DNA of 64,000 bases from Candidatus Nomurabacteria bacterium. GTDB taxonomy: Bacteria; Patescibacteriota; Minisyncoccia; Phycocordibacterales; UBA2100. How positions within the stretch are numbered: the first letter of the stretch is position 1; every line of letters starts with the position of its first letter. The notes under the pieces were generated by a model, which was not told the DNA's origin, searched no databases, and saw nothing but the letters and a program-made list of their open reading frames with translations. Shown piece by piece: positions 1 to 11,727 of the stretch. Position numbers and translations under genes: made by a program. The stretch covers positions 7,203-71,202 of the forward strand of contig CALRFU010000001.1 in assembly GCA_943356775.1 (NCBI GenBank). The letters run 5' to 3'.

Positions 1-80
1 TGCAATCAATGCGGCAGAATATCGACGTACTCACCGAAGCGCAACAAAAGTATCTCGCAAGCTGGCAAGAGGGGACGTAA
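1..80 (+). CDS. ahcY: Adenosylhomocysteinase, C-terminal end (partial)
   Basis: Frame from nt 3 reads QSMRQNIDVLTEAQQKYLASWQEGT*, the characteristic IDxLTxxQxxYLxSWxEGT C-terminus of AhcY. Confidence 0.8.
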   Translation, partial: QSMRQNIDVLTEAQQKYLASWQEGT

Positions 81-81
81 T

Positions 82-798
82 ATGGATGGGATACGTAATG
101 GCTCTGAAGTACCAGACCGTCGGAGAGAAATTCTCGAAGCGCTTACCAAGAGAATTACGATAGAGAAAAAAAATGGTGCGCCCTACGTCATCGCGATAGA
201 TGGTAAGACGGGCGTAGGGAAGACGGAGATCGCAAACGATCTCGCCGCAACACTCATAACGCATGGTAAAAAAGTTCAGATTATTCACATGGATGATTAT
301 CTGAACCCTTCGTCGATTCGCTATGGTATTGACGAGTCCACGGACTTTTATACGAGAAGCTTCAATTTTCGAAAGTTACTGAGTGTGTTATCGGAGATTA
401 GGAAAAATGGTTGTTTACAGCGGGTGATGCCGTTGTTTGATACGCGCGCGGATACTGACTCCAAACCAGTACCATACGACATAGACAAAGATACCGTTGT
501 CATTGTTGAAGGCGTGTTTCTTCACAAAGATATATTTGAAAACTGTTTTAATTTGAGTGTATTTCTTACTGCCCCTTCGCCGGCGGCCTTGCGGCGTGCA
601 CAGGATAGAAACGCTGCCGACCCTCTCGATAGAAACGTGCTTTCTCCCGAGGAAATGGAACGTCGATACTGGGAGAAATACGATCCGGGTTTCAATATGT
701 ATGCGGAACGCGCGAACCCGGTAGGTAATTCAACGGTGCTCTTGGATTTCGAAGATCCTAAGCATCCTCGAGTATTGGCCGCTCGCCAGAAAATATGA
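82..798 (+). CDS. Uridine kinase-like P-loop kinase
   Basis: IAIDGKTGVGKT Walker A, IHMDDY, IVEGVFL motifs of the uridine kinase/PRK family. Confidence 0.75.
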   Translation: MDGIRNGSEVPDRRREILEALTKRITIEKKNGAPYVIAIDGKTGVGKTEIANDLAATLITHGKKVQIIHMDDYLNPSSIRYGIDESTDFYTRSFNFRKLLSVLSEIRKNGCLQRVMPLFDTRADTDSKPVPYDIDKDTVVIVEGVFLHKDIFENCFNLSVFLTAPSPAALRRAQDRNAADPLDRNVLSPEEMERRYWEKYDPGFNMYAERANPVGNSTVLLDFEDPKHPRVLAARQKI

Positions 799-1766
799 AC
801 ATCGATAATACACATCCCAACCTGACACAGCTTGCGGACCAAAATGGGCAAATGCGGATCCTCGCCATCGATCACGTCAACGGGCTTCGAAAGCAACTCA
901 ACATGCTGCGCAACAATTCAGATGTTACGAATGATGAGATACTCATGGTCAAGTCTATGATAATTCGCACGTTAAAAGAAAGTGTAACCGGGATTTTAAT
1001 TGACCCCTTTACGTACACTCATTCAGCAAGAGAAATGTATGGAGCGTGCGGTGTACTGATAAAGCTCGACGATGGCTTTGATTCGTCGCCGTGGAATTCA
1101 AAAGAACGCATTACGAAGATTGCAGACGTGGATTATGCGGAGTTGAAGACGCTCGGTATTGCAGGTGTAAAATTGATGCTCTATTATCGACACGACATGT
1201 CTCCGGCAACAAAAAGAGCACAGGAAGATATTGTTCTTCAGATTGCCAAAAAAACGGCGGCACACGGCCTCTTGCTTTGCTTGGAACCGTGGTGGTATGC
1301 GTGTAAAGACGATGAAACGGACACCCTTGAGGGTAAGCGAATAATCGCAGAACGTCGACCCGCAATGGTTATTGAGCCATTGAGAGAATTTGCCAAAAAA
1401 GAGTACGGTGTAGGCTTGTTTAAACTTGAGGTGCCCGTCGATAGCACATTTTATAGATTTACGCATCGCAGCAGCGAGGGAGATGCGACTTTTCTGTATG
1501 GCGAAGACGATGCACGAAAAATGTTTGTCGCAATAGACGATATAGTTTCGGTGCCCTGGGTGATAATGAGCAGCGGCGTAACGGCGCGAGAATTCGCGGA
1601 GTACGTGTCTTTAGCGACTCGAGCGGGGTCGAGTGGATACATATGCGGGCAGGCGATATGGCAGGAGGGGGTGCGCAGTTTCCCCGACGCGAAAAAAATG
1701 GAGGCGGTGCTCGCAAGCACATGCCGAGACAACGCAGCCATTATTAATGCTGCATTTACCGTTTGA
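795..1766 (+). CDS. Tagatose-1,6-bisphosphate aldolase (LacD/YihT-like class I aldolase)
   Basis: LAIDH, GILIDP, VKLMLYY, FKLEVPV (Schiff-base Lys), PWVIMSSGV, GYICGQAIW. Confidence 0.8.
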   Translation: MNIDNTHPNLTQLADQNGQMRILAIDHVNGLRKQLNMLRNNSDVTNDEILMVKSMIIRTLKESVTGILIDPFTYTHSAREMYGACGVLIKLDDGFDSSPWNSKERITKIADVDYAELKTLGIAGVKLMLYYRHDMSPATKRAQEDIVLQIAKKTAAHGLLLCLEPWWYACKDDETDTLEGKRIIAERRPAMVIEPLREFAKKEYGVGLFKLEVPVDSTFYRFTHRSSEGDATFLYGEDDARKMFVAIDDIVSVPWVIMSSGVTAREFAEYVSLATRAGSSGYICGQAIWQEGVRSFPDAKKMEAVLASTCRDNAAIINAAFTV

Positions 1767-1768
1767 GT

Positions 1769-2266
1769 ATGACTATATATCTAGCAGCAGATCATGCGGG
1801 GTTTGAGTTGAAAAGTAATTTAGTGGATTTTTTGCAGAAGTTGGGTTACGACGTGCTCGATTGCGGAGCGTACACGTATAAAAAAGATGACGATTATCCG
1901 CGGATATTAAAACAAGCGGCGATACTGCTTTTGGAAGATGTAAAAAATCACGTCGAAAGTTATGCGATTGTGATCGGTGGATCGGCGCAAGGGGAGGCTG
2001 TTGCGATGAACCGGTTTCGTGGAATTCGTTGTGGCGTTTTGTACGCGCCTGACATGCAGCTTAAGACAGATTCGAGCGGCCGTGATTTAAGTGTCGTCGA
2101 GAGTATGAAAGTGCACGACAACACAAACGCGCTTGCACTTGCGAGCCGCGCGCTCAACGTCGAGGACGCGCAGACGGCAGTCTCGCGGTGGCTTCGGTCG
2201 AACTTTACACACGAAGAGCGGCATGTACGAAGAATTAAACAGATTGACGACCTACCCCTTTCATAA
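1769..2266 (+). CDS. rpiB: RpiB/LacA/LacB family sugar-phosphate isomerase
   Basis: AADHAGFELK, DDDYP, GGSAQGE, HDNTNAL, RHVRRI. Confidence 0.85.
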   Translation: MTIYLAADHAGFELKSNLVDFLQKLGYDVLDCGAYTYKKDDDYPRILKQAAILLLEDVKNHVESYAIVIGGSAQGEAVAMNRFRGIRCGVLYAPDMQLKTDSSGRDLSVVESMKVHDNTNALALASRALNVEDAQTAVSRWLRSNFTHEERHVRRIKQIDDLPLS

Positions 2267-2267
2267 T

Positions 2268-2939
2268 ATGAAAGCTGTTATTTTCGACATGGACGGAGTG
2301 TTGGTTGACACTGAAGACATTTACTATTCTTTTTTACGCAATCATCTTCATGATATGGGGATTTCAACCGGTCAGGAGTTTGATTCGTTTCGTGACGAAT
2401 TTCGAGGAAGTTCAACATTTGATCTCTGGGATAAAATAAAAGAGACGTACGATCTGTCGCATTCGGTCCGGGATGATCTTGTGCCGACCGCGAGAAAAGC
2501 CTACCTCGAGCATATCCACGCGCTACCTTCCCTTGATGCTATCCCTGGCGTCCAGTCGCTACTAGAAAGAGTTGTTGCAGCAGGTTTTCCCCTCGCCGTC
2601 GTCTCATCGAGTAGTCGAGCGCGGATGCCGGTCATGCTACAAAAGATAGGACTGCTTAAATTTTTTTGCCACATAGTGAGTAGTGACGATGTAAAAAAGG
2701 GGAAGCCAGATCCGGAATGTTACTTATTGGCTGCCAACAAATTGGGTGTCAATCCTACCGAATGCGTGGTAATCGAAGACGCTATACACGGTGTTTCTGC
2801 AGCTAAAGGCGCACGAATGAAAACTGTTGCATTTAATGGACTAAAGATTGACGAGTCACAATACGCTCGAGGGGACATAGATGTGATGAGTTTTGACGAA
2901 GTGACAATAGAGAAATTAAAAAAACTTTTTGACGAGTAG
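2268..2939 (+). CDS. HAD family phosphatase (beta-PGM-like)
   Basis: FDMDGVLVDT motif I, GKPDP, VIEDA; ATG at 2268. Confidence 0.9.
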   Translation: MKAVIFDMDGVLVDTEDIYYSFLRNHLHDMGISTGQEFDSFRDEFRGSSTFDLWDKIKETYDLSHSVRDDLVPTARKAYLEHIHALPSLDAIPGVQSLLERVVAAGFPLAVVSSSSRARMPVMLQKIGLLKFFCHIVSSDDVKKGKPDPECYLLAANKLGVNPTECVVIEDAIHGVSAAKGARMKTVAFNGLKIDESQYARGDIDVMSFDEVTIEKLKKLFDE

Positions 2940-2955
2940 CGTCAATACACAGCGT

Positions 2956-3807
2956 ATGAATTCTGCGGTGGTCACTATTCAAACTCCACGTAATGTACTT
3001 CTCAATGGGATACTTCTTGGTCCGAGCAAACCGAATACTGTAATTGTGTGGGTTCATGGTCTTGGGAGCTCGCTTTTTAGCAAGCGTGCGATTGCTGAAT
3101 TGCTTGTCGATGAAACTACCGCAGTACTGCTGTTCAATAACCGTGGGCACGACGTTGTCGCACGAGTGGGGCACGTTACTAGGGAAAAAGGTCTGATGGC
3201 GGGCGCGGCGCATGAGGTGTTTACTGATTGTGTTGACGATATTGAGGGAGCAGTAAATTTTGCCCGGAAGATGGGAGTAAAAAGGGTATATATTGCAGGG
3301 CATTCGACAGGGTGCCAAAAAAGTATCTATTGGGCTGCAAAAAAAAGACGAGGGGTGAAGGGGATTATTCTTCTAGCGCCAGTTTCCGATTGGGCTGCTG
3401 AGACGTATCTTAAAGGAAAAAAGAAACTGGTGCGCGTCGAAAAAGTCGCGAGGTCGTACGTTGCACAGGGTCAGAGACACCGATTATTACCTCCCGAAGT
3501 GTGGCCTGATATTCTTGATGCGCAGCGGTTCTTAAGTTTGTGTACACCTACGAGCGTGGAAGAGATTTTCACCTACGCTCAGCCAGGGAAAAATCCTCGC
3601 ATCCTGGGATCTATAAAAATCCCCGTTCTGGTCTTGTGGGCCCAGAAAGACGAGTTTGCAGATCGTCCTGCCAAAGAAATCGCACATTGGTTTGATACGA
3701 ATATTCGTGCACTGCATTCTGTGATTGTTATCCCGAAGGTTGGGCACAGTTTCAAAGGCGGGGAAAAGGCGGTAGTCACACACATCCGGCGCTTCATTGC
3801 AGCCTGA
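2956..3807 (+). CDS. Alpha/beta hydrolase (DUF1749-like)
   Basis: VHGLGS, GHSTGCQ nucleophile elbow, GHSF catalytic His. Confidence 0.8.
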   Translation: MNSAVVTIQTPRNVLLNGILLGPSKPNTVIVWVHGLGSSLFSKRAIAELLVDETTAVLLFNNRGHDVVARVGHVTREKGLMAGAAHEVFTDCVDDIEGAVNFARKMGVKRVYIAGHSTGCQKSIYWAAKKRRGVKGIILLAPVSDWAAETYLKGKKKLVRVEKVARSYVAQGQRHRLLPPEVWPDILDAQRFLSLCTPTSVEEIFTYAQPGKNPRILGSIKIPVLVLWAQKDEFADRPAKEIAHWFDTNIRALHSVIVIPKVGHSFKGGEKAVVTHIRRFIAA

Positions 3808-3830
3808 GGTGTGTTACTATATCGGCACTT

Positions 3831-4625
3831 ATGGCTGTCGAAGAAGCTGTGCAGCATGCGGGAGAAGCGGTGGAGCATGCCGCTCCGGCCATTCACGTCG
3901 CTCTTGCTCCCGAGCAGATCGCAGCTCTCTGGGGGTTTCCTATCACCAACACCCTCCTCACGAGCTGGGTTGTAATGCTGCTTTTGGCCGTGCTCACTTT
4001 CTACGTGCGACGCAATCTGAGCATGATACCGGGCAAGTTCCAGACATTCATCGAGCTTCTTTTCGGATACGTTCACGACTTTATCGAGACGACACTTGAG
4101 AACGCGGTATGGGCGCGGCGTATGTTCCCGCTTCTCCTCACGCTTTTCCTCTTTATCGCTACCGCCAACCTTATTGAATTTACACCCGGTATCGGATCGA
4201 TTTTGGTGCACTACGGAGGCGAGACCGTTCCGCTTCTCCGGAGCATGAATACGGACTTGAACGTAACGCTCGCGCTGACCGTGATTGCGGTGCTTGCGAT
4301 TGAGATTGCGGGCATCGTTGCGCTCGGCTTTTGGCGCTATGCGGGTAAATTCTTCAACTTCTCTTCACCGCTCAATTTTGTCGTCGGAATCATCGAATTC
4401 ATTTCAGAGCTTTCGCGTTTCGTCTCGTTCTCCTTCCGTCTCTTCGGCAACATTTTCGCGGGCGAAGTACTCATCGCGGTGGTCGCTTTCTTCGTACCGT
4501 ACTTCCTCCCGGTCCCGCTTATGGCCTTTGAGCTCTTTGTCGGAGTGGTGCAAGGAGCGGTTTTTGCGCTTCTCACGCTCTTCTTCGTGAAGATGGCCAT
4601 TATGGAACCGCACGGGAGCCACTAA
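3831..4625 (+). CDS. atpB: F0F1 ATP synthase subunit a
   Basis: SFSFRLFGNIFAGE, VQGAVFALLT. Confidence 0.97.
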   Translation: MAVEEAVQHAGEAVEHAAPAIHVALAPEQIAALWGFPITNTLLTSWVVMLLLAVLTFYVRRNLSMIPGKFQTFIELLFGYVHDFIETTLENAVWARRMFPLLLTLFLFIATANLIEFTPGIGSILVHYGGETVPLLRSMNTDLNVTLALTVIAVLAIEIAGIVALGFWRYAGKFFNFSSPLNFVVGIIEFISELSRFVSFSFRLFGNIFAGEVLIAVVAFFVPYFLPVPLMAFELFVGVVQGAVFALLTLFFVKMAIMEPHGSH

Positions 4626-4698
4626 GAAGTGGCTTCGGTGCGGCTCTGTGATACAGTAGAGCCAATAATTAACAAGTAATAGTAGAAATCATCACGTT

Positions 4699-4926
4699 AT
4701 GGATATCGAATCAGCACGACTCATCGGTATGGCAATCGCAGCCGGTGTTGGGGTAATCGGGCCGGGCATCGGCGTAGGTCTTATCGGCGGGCGCGCAATG
4801 GATGCAATCGGACGAAATCCAGATGCGGCAGGTAAAATTGTTTCAAACATGATCCTCCCGATCGTGTTCACGGAAGCGCTCGGCATTCTCGCGCTTGTGG
4901 TCGCTTTCATTATCAAATTCGTTTAG
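4699..4926 (+). CDS. atpE: F0F1 ATP synthase subunit c
   Basis: GPGIGVG, GRNPDA loop, ion-binding Glu in FTEAL. Confidence 0.97.
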   Translation: MDIESARLIGMAIAAGVGVIGPGIGVGLIGGRAMDAIGRNPDAAGKIVSNMILPIVFTEALGILALVVAFIIKFV

Positions 4927-4941
4927 TCCTACGAGAGCTTC

Positions 4942-5391
4942 ATGGATGGACTGATTAGTGCGTTCGGAATTGATTGGAGACTCCTCGTCATACAGGGCGT
5001 CAATTTCGCCGCGCTTTTGGCGGGCCTTACGTACTTCTTGTATACGCCCGTCATGAAACTTATCGACGAGCGGCGTGAACGTGTCGCCGAGGGCGTACGC
5101 TCTGCCGCAGAAGCCGACAGGAAACTCGCGGATGCCAAGACCACAGGTGAAGGTATTGTAGGTACCGCAGCACGCGAAGCGGAGGTCTTGGTCGCGACGG
5201 CGCGAAGCCGCGCAGACGAGAAGGGAAATGAAATTCTAAAAGCGGCAGAGGTCCGCGCAGCCGGTGTGCTCGCGGAGGCGGCCGTTAATGCCGAAGAGGC
5301 AAAACGTAAGGCGCTCGCGGAGAGTTCAAAGGAAATCGCGCGGACTGCAGTCTTGGCAGCGGAGAAAATATTGAGGGAGAAATCAGCATAG
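4942..5391 (+). CDS. atpF: F0F1 ATP synthase subunit b
   Basis: GIDW..QGVNF TM helix then coiled coil; operon position. Confidence 0.93.
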   Translation: MDGLISAFGIDWRLLVIQGVNFAALLAGLTYFLYTPVMKLIDERRERVAEGVRSAAEADRKLADAKTTGEGIVGTAAREAEVLVATARSRADEKGNEILKAAEVRAAGVLAEAAVNAEEAKRKALAESSKEIARTAVLAAEKILREKSA

Positions 5392-5392
5392 T

Positions 5393-5779
5393 ATGGAAAC
5401 GGCATACGCACAGGCATTGTGGAAGATGGTGGAGGGCGGCATGACTCCCTCAAAAGCAGTGCATGCGCTTCACGGCGTTCTCAAAGCAAATGGTCGCGAG
5501 GTGCTCCTGCCCCGTATTGCCAAAGCTTTTGCGCGAATCGCAGAGCGTGAGACCAAACGCACCGACGTAGTGCTCACGGTCGCGCGCGAGAAAGATGAGC
5601 GATACGCACACAAAGAAGTGAAAGAGATTCTCGCAGGTATGGGAGTCGAGACAAAGGACCTCAAGACGGAAGTCGACGATACGCTTATCGGCGGCTGGCG
5701 CCTCGAGGGCAGAGAGCGGTTGGTAGACGCAAGTTACAAAAATCAATTATTGGAATTATTTAACCGCGCGACCGCATAG
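5393..5779 (+). CDS. atpH: F0F1 ATP synthase subunit delta (short form)
   Basis: YAQAL N-terminus, VDDTLIGG..VDASYK C-terminus; position between atpF and atpA. Confidence 0.85.
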   Translation: METAYAQALWKMVEGGMTPSKAVHALHGVLKANGREVLLPRIAKAFARIAERETKRTDVVLTVAREKDERYAHKEVKEILAGMGVETKDLKTEVDDTLIGGWRLEGRERLVDASYKNQLLELFNRATA

Positions 5780-5782
5780 CAT

Positions 5783-7354
5783 ATGGATTCATCAACGATA
5801 GAGAAAATCATCAAGGAGATAGGGAACATCGCTCCCGCACACGAGGGCGAACATGTCGGACGCGTGGTAGCGGTCGGCGACGGAGTTGTAGCTATCGACG
5901 GTCTTTCAAAGGCGGTCATGAGCGAAGTCCTCATTTTTGAAGAAGGTAAAGGAAAAAAGCTTGCGGGTGCAATGGAAGACCAAGCCGAACTTTTGGGTCT
6001 TGTCCTCAACCTCGAAGAAGACGGTGTACGTGCGACGATTCTCGGGGACACATCCCGTGTGAGCGAGGGAATGACCGTCAAATCGACCGGCAAAATTCTT
6101 TCGGTCCCATCAAGCGAAGAGTTCCTCGGTCGCGTGGTGAATGCACTCGGTGAGCCAATCGACGGCAAGGGCCCTTTCAAGAAAACTACCCTCATGCCAA
6201 TTGAGCGACAGGCGGCCGGCGTCATCGACCGTAAATCAGTATCGGTACCGCTCGCGACGGGTACCAAAGCAATTGACGCCATGATTCCAATCGGTCGCGG
6301 TCAGCGCGAACTCATCATCGGAGACCGCGGTACCGGCAAGACGACCGTCGCCATCGACGCCATCATCAACCAAAAGTACGAACCCGAAGAGACGCGCCCT
6401 ATTTGTATTTACGTCGCTATCGGCCAGAAGGAATCTAAGACCGCGCGCATCTCACAGCAGCTCCGCGAGCAGGGAGCGATGGAGTACACAATCATTGTCG
6501 ACGCTCCCGCATCTGCTCCGGCCGCACTCCAGTACTTGGCCCCGTTCGCCGGTGTCGCCATCGGAGAATATTTCATGGACAAGGGGCGCGATGTCCTCAT
6601 CGTCTACGACGACCTTTCGAAGCAGGCGGTCGCATACCGCCAGCTCTCGCTTCTCCTGCGACGTCCGCCGGGCCGCGAAGCATATCCGGGCGACGTCTTC
6701 TATTTACACTCACGACTTCTCGAGCGCGCATGTCGCCTCAGTGAGGAGAAGGGCGGCGGCTCTATCACGGCGCTTCCTATCATCGAGACACAGGAGGGCG
6801 ACGTCTCCGGCTACATTCCGACCAACGTTATTTCCATCACAGACGGTCAGATGTTCCTCGTGACCGACCTCTTCAACAAAGGCATCAAACCGGCTATTGA
6901 TGTGGGTATCTCAGTCTCCCGCGTCGGCTCCGCCGCGCAGACCAAGGCGATGAAAGGCGTTGCCGGCGGTATCAAACTCGAGCTCGCGCAATTCCGCGAA
7001 CTCGAAGCCTTTATGCAATTCGCATCCGACCTTGATAAGGCCACTGCCGACCGCATCGAATCCGGCCGTCGCATGGTGGAAGTCTTGAAGCAGAAGAACG
7101 GTGCGCCGATACCTCTGGAGAAGCAAGTCGCCGCGTTGTACGCTGCAGGCAAAGCGTTCTTCATCAATGCTCCGGTCAACAAAGTCACTGAAGTTGAAAA
7201 ACAGTACATTGATTTTCTCGACGGTCAGTATTCGAAGACGCTTGCCGCGATTAAGAAGACAGGACAGCTCTCTGATGACACCAAAGCGGAACTAAACAAG
7301 GCAATGGAGGAATTCAAACTGGCACACGCGGAGCTCTTTAGTGTGGGAAAGTAG
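5783..7354 (+). CDS. atpA: F0F1 ATP synthase subunit alpha
   Basis: [37 protein letters not shown]. Confidence 0.99.
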   Translation: MDSSTIEKIIKEIGNIAPAHEGEHVGRVVAVGDGVVAIDGLSKAVMSEVLIFEEGKGKKLAGAMEDQAELLGLVLNLEEDGVRATILGDTSRVSEGMTVKSTGKILSVPSSEEFLGRVVNALGEPIDGKGPFKKTTLMPIERQAAGVIDRKSVSVPLATGTKAIDAMIPIGRGQRELIIGDRGTGKTTVAIDAIINQKYEPEETRPICIYVAIGQKESKTARISQQLREQGAMEYTIIVDAPASAPAALQYLAPFAGVAIGEYFMDKGRDVLIVYDDLSKQAVAYRQLSLLLRRPPGREAYPGDVFYLHSRLLERACRLSEEKGGGSITALPIIETQEGDVSGYIPTNVISITDGQMFLVTDLFNKGIKPAIDVGISVSRVGSAAQTKAMKGVAGGIKLELAQFRELEAFMQFASDLDKATADRIESGRRMVEVLKQKNGAPIPLEKQVAALYAAGKAFFINAPVNKVTEVEKQYIDFLDGQYSKTLAAIKKTGQLSDDTKAELNKAMEEFKLAHAELFSVGK

Positions 7355-7357
7355 ACA

Positions 7358-7378
7358 ACCCTTCGACAAGCTCAGGGT
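7358..7378. repeat. REP-like short palindromic element ACCCTTCGACAAGCTCAGGGT (intergenic copy)
   Basis: ACCCT/AGGGT arms; 20 of 21 nt identical to 24195-24215 inside leuS. Confidence 0.75.
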
Positions 7379-7419
7379 ACAAGAGCTTGTAGTTCGTAAA
7401 ACTCACAACAATCTCTCGT

Positions 7420-8334
7420 ATGGCAAACCTGAAAAGCATAAAATCAAAAATATTCTCGTATAAAAAGACGGGGACGGTGACGCATGCGATGGAAGCGGTC
7501 TCTGCGGTCAAGATGCGTAAGGGCCAAGAGCGCGCGCTTTCCGCCCGCGCGTATGCGGCCGCGGCACTTTCGGTACTTGAGCGCCTCTCCGGTACTGCCG
7601 ACATTGCCCGGCATCCGCTTATGCAAGAGAGGGAGGGGAAAACCGCCGTCATCGTCGTCACGAGCGACAAGGGACTCGCCGGCGCACTCAACAGCGGCGT
7701 TATCCGCAAAGTAGAGGCGGAGCTTCGTGAAAGGAATTTAAGAATCGAAGATGTTGTGGTCTACGCATTTGGGCGGCGTGGTGGTGAATATTTCACATCC
7801 CGCGGATATACGGTAGACAGCATTCAGACAAACGTAAGCGACGCAATTTCGGAAAGTGAAATGTCCGAAATGACCAAGGCGGTGCTCGGTCGCTCTGACG
7901 TCGCTTCCGTCATTGTCGGGTATCAGAATTTCGTTTCAACGTTCGAGCAGGCTCCCACGGTGCGGCAAATTGTGCCGATTCGCCCCGAGACGATGAAAGA
8001 AATTGTCGCAGGTATCCGCCCGGCAAAGGGTAAGTACGCTCCCGCCGCCGCAGAGGCTTCGGCTGAAGCAAAGCCCGTTGCCTACACCATCGAACCGGAC
8101 GCGGATTCTGTACTCTCCGTACTCTTGCCGAAACTCCTCAGCATCGCCGTATTCCATGCGCTGCTCGAAACAAAAGCTTCCGAACACTCAGCCCGCATGG
8201 TCGCGATGAAGAGCGCGACAGACAAAGCACGCGACATGGCCAAAGGCCTCACGCGAACATTCAACAAAGTCCGTCAGGCGGCAATCACACGCGAAGTTTC
8301 GGAGATAACATCCGGTATTGAAGCGATGAAATGA
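7420..8334 (+). CDS. atpG: F0F1 ATP synthase subunit gamma
   Basis: SDKGLAGALNS, SEHSARMVAMKSAT, RQAAITREVSEI. Confidence 0.98.
   Translation: MANLKSIKSKIFSYKKTGTVTHAMEAVSAVKMRKGQERALSARAYAAAALSVLERLSGTADIARHPLMQEREGKTAVIVVTSDKGLAGALNSGVIRKVEAELRERNLRIEDVVVYAFGRRGGEYFTSRGYTVDSIQTNVSDAISESEMSEMTKAVLGRSDVASVIVGYQNFVSTFEQAPTVRQIVPIRPETMKEIVAGIRPAKGKYAPAAAEASAEAKPVAYTIEPDADSVLSVLLPKLLSIAVFHALLETKASEHSARMVAMKSATDKARDMAKGLTRTFNKVRQAAITREVSEITSGIEAMK
8284..8330 (+). repeat. 47-bp direct repeat, copy 1 (3' end of atpG)
   Basis: Identical to 9280-9326. Confidence 0.95.
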
Positions 8335-8337
8335 TGT

Positions 8338-8772
8338 ATGAAAGAAGAACCTGAAAACCCGAATGTTCGTCAGCTAGACGACAGACGGACTGTAAACCGT
8401 CTCGTTACTCTTGGAGAAGTCAGTGAAATCGCGGAACTTCTTAATTCAGCAGTTGTATCTGTTCTGGAAAAAGAAAAAAGAGAAGCTGAAATAAAAGAAA
8501 TCGTTGCACGGATCGGTGAAATGGGCGTCGGTGCCGAAAATAAGTCAATTTTTGAAACACTCGAGAATATAAACCTTATTACGTCCACTATTGCTGCACG
8601 CGAAAATGCCTCGATACCGGAAAAACGTGTTGCCGTTGGTCTTAAAGAGCTTGTTGCGGCGTTGGCGGTAACGCCCAAAGATCAGACTACCCAAGATACC
8701 GTTGAATTTTTACGCGCTCGTCTCGAGACGATTCAATGGTATGCGACGCGTAAAGACGGGCATACAAAATAA
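8338..8772 (+). CDS. Hypothetical protein (helical, orphan-like) inside atp operon
   Basis: 144-aa ORF starting 3 nt after the atpG stop; no recognised motif. Confidence 0.6.
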   Translation: MKEEPENPNVRQLDDRRTVNRLVTLGEVSEIAELLNSAVVSVLEKEKREAEIKEIVARIGEMGVGAENKSIFETLENINLITSTIAARENASIPEKRVAVGLKELVAALAVTPKDQTTQDTVEFLRARLETIQWYATRKDGHTK

Positions 8773-8773
8773 C

Positions 8774-9226
8774 ATGAAGGAAGCTGTAGAGAAGATTGGT
8801 GCCAAGTATGAGCAGGCTATCAATGCCGCAACTGCGTCGCTGCTCGTTGAACTCTCCGAATCTCTTAATGTAATTATGGACACACTTCGGAAAACGCTGA
8901 ATCCACCGCCTGACGAAGTCTTTGTATCGCAGTTTGAGGAGCAGGTATTAGGTGTCATCGCACAAGCCTTTCAGGCGGCGTTGACGGACTGTGTCTCGAG
9001 CTTGAAACCACCAAAAATTAGACGGAGCAATGATGCCTTTTCGACCGCGGAAAAGAACCTCATCGAGGTAACGGTGGGACGTTTTCAGTCATGGAAATCA
9101 GATAATTTGAAGGAGGAAACAGGCGGGATCGCTGTGGTACTCAAAAAACCAGAATATCGAGACGAGGTTACGGCAATTCTCGCTCGCCATTTGAATGATG
9201 CTAGAAAGACTCTCCAAAGTTTGTAG
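8774..9226 (+). CDS. Hypothetical protein inside atp operon
   Basis: ATG 1 nt after the previous stop, 150 aa; no recognised motif. Confidence 0.6.
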   Translation: MKEAVEKIGAKYEQAINAATASLLVELSESLNVIMDTLRKTLNPPPDEVFVSQFEEQVLGVIAQAFQAALTDCVSSLKPPKIRRSNDAFSTAEKNLIEVTVGRFQSWKSDNLKEETGGIAVVLKKPEYRDEVTAILARHLNDARKTLQSL

Positions 9227-9267
9227 ACATTGAAAATCTCCACATTACACGATAAAGTAGTGCACAT

Positions 9268-9330
9268 ATGAAAGGCACCATCACACGCGAAGTTTCGGAG
9301 ATAACATCCGGTATTGAAGCGATGAAGTAG
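9268..9330 (+). pseudogene. Chimeric atpD-5'/atpG-3' remnant (MKGTITREVSEITSGIEAMK*), contains copy 2 of the 47-bp repeat
   Basis: 9271-9284 equals atpD 9970-9983; 9280-9326 equals atpG 8284-8330; the two overlap at ATCAC. Confidence 0.85.
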
Positions 9331-9335
9331 CTCGT

Positions 9336-11408
<2,073 letters not shown>

Positions 11409-11409
11409 T

Positions 11410-11670
11410 ATGAATACCTTCCATCTCACGATAGCGAGCGTTGGAGAAACGCGCTTTGACGGTGCTGCCGTTTCCGCCACACTTCCGGGTACCGCCGGAG
11501 AATTTACGATTCTCCCGCATCACGAACCCATCGTCACGACCCTAAAGCCGGGGACAATCACGGTGCGCCTGCCTGCGCAGGCAGGCGAAAGTGAAGGGGA
11601 ACAAAAGACATTTGAGATAGAAAGTGGCGTGCTTGAGTGTTCGGGCAGCCGCGTGGTCGTGTTGCTCTAG
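11410..11670 (+). CDS. atpC: F0F1 ATP synthase subunit epsilon (N-terminal beta-sandwich only)
   Basis: PGTAGEFTILPHHEPIVT, IESGVLE; follows atpD; no C-terminal helices. Confidence 0.9.
   Translation: MNTFHLTIASVGETRFDGAAVSATLPGTAGEFTILPHHEPIVTTLKPGTITVRLPAQAGESEGEQKTFEIESGVLECSGSRVVVLL
11566..11587. repeat. Perfect 22-bp palindrome CGCCTGCCTGCGCAGGCAGGCG in frame within atpC
   Basis: Self-complementary; absent from the second atpC copy at 13040-13186. Confidence 0.85.
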
Positions 11671-11727
11671 AGGAGTGTTTTCAACACAGATGCCGATTTC
11701 TGTCATCGCAGGCCGTATACTGGCCAG

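Noticed and set aside
4699-4926. Na+-coupled ATP synthase
   Set aside because: The c subunit lacks the Gln and the ES/T of the Na+-binding signature (PGIGVG, TEAL)
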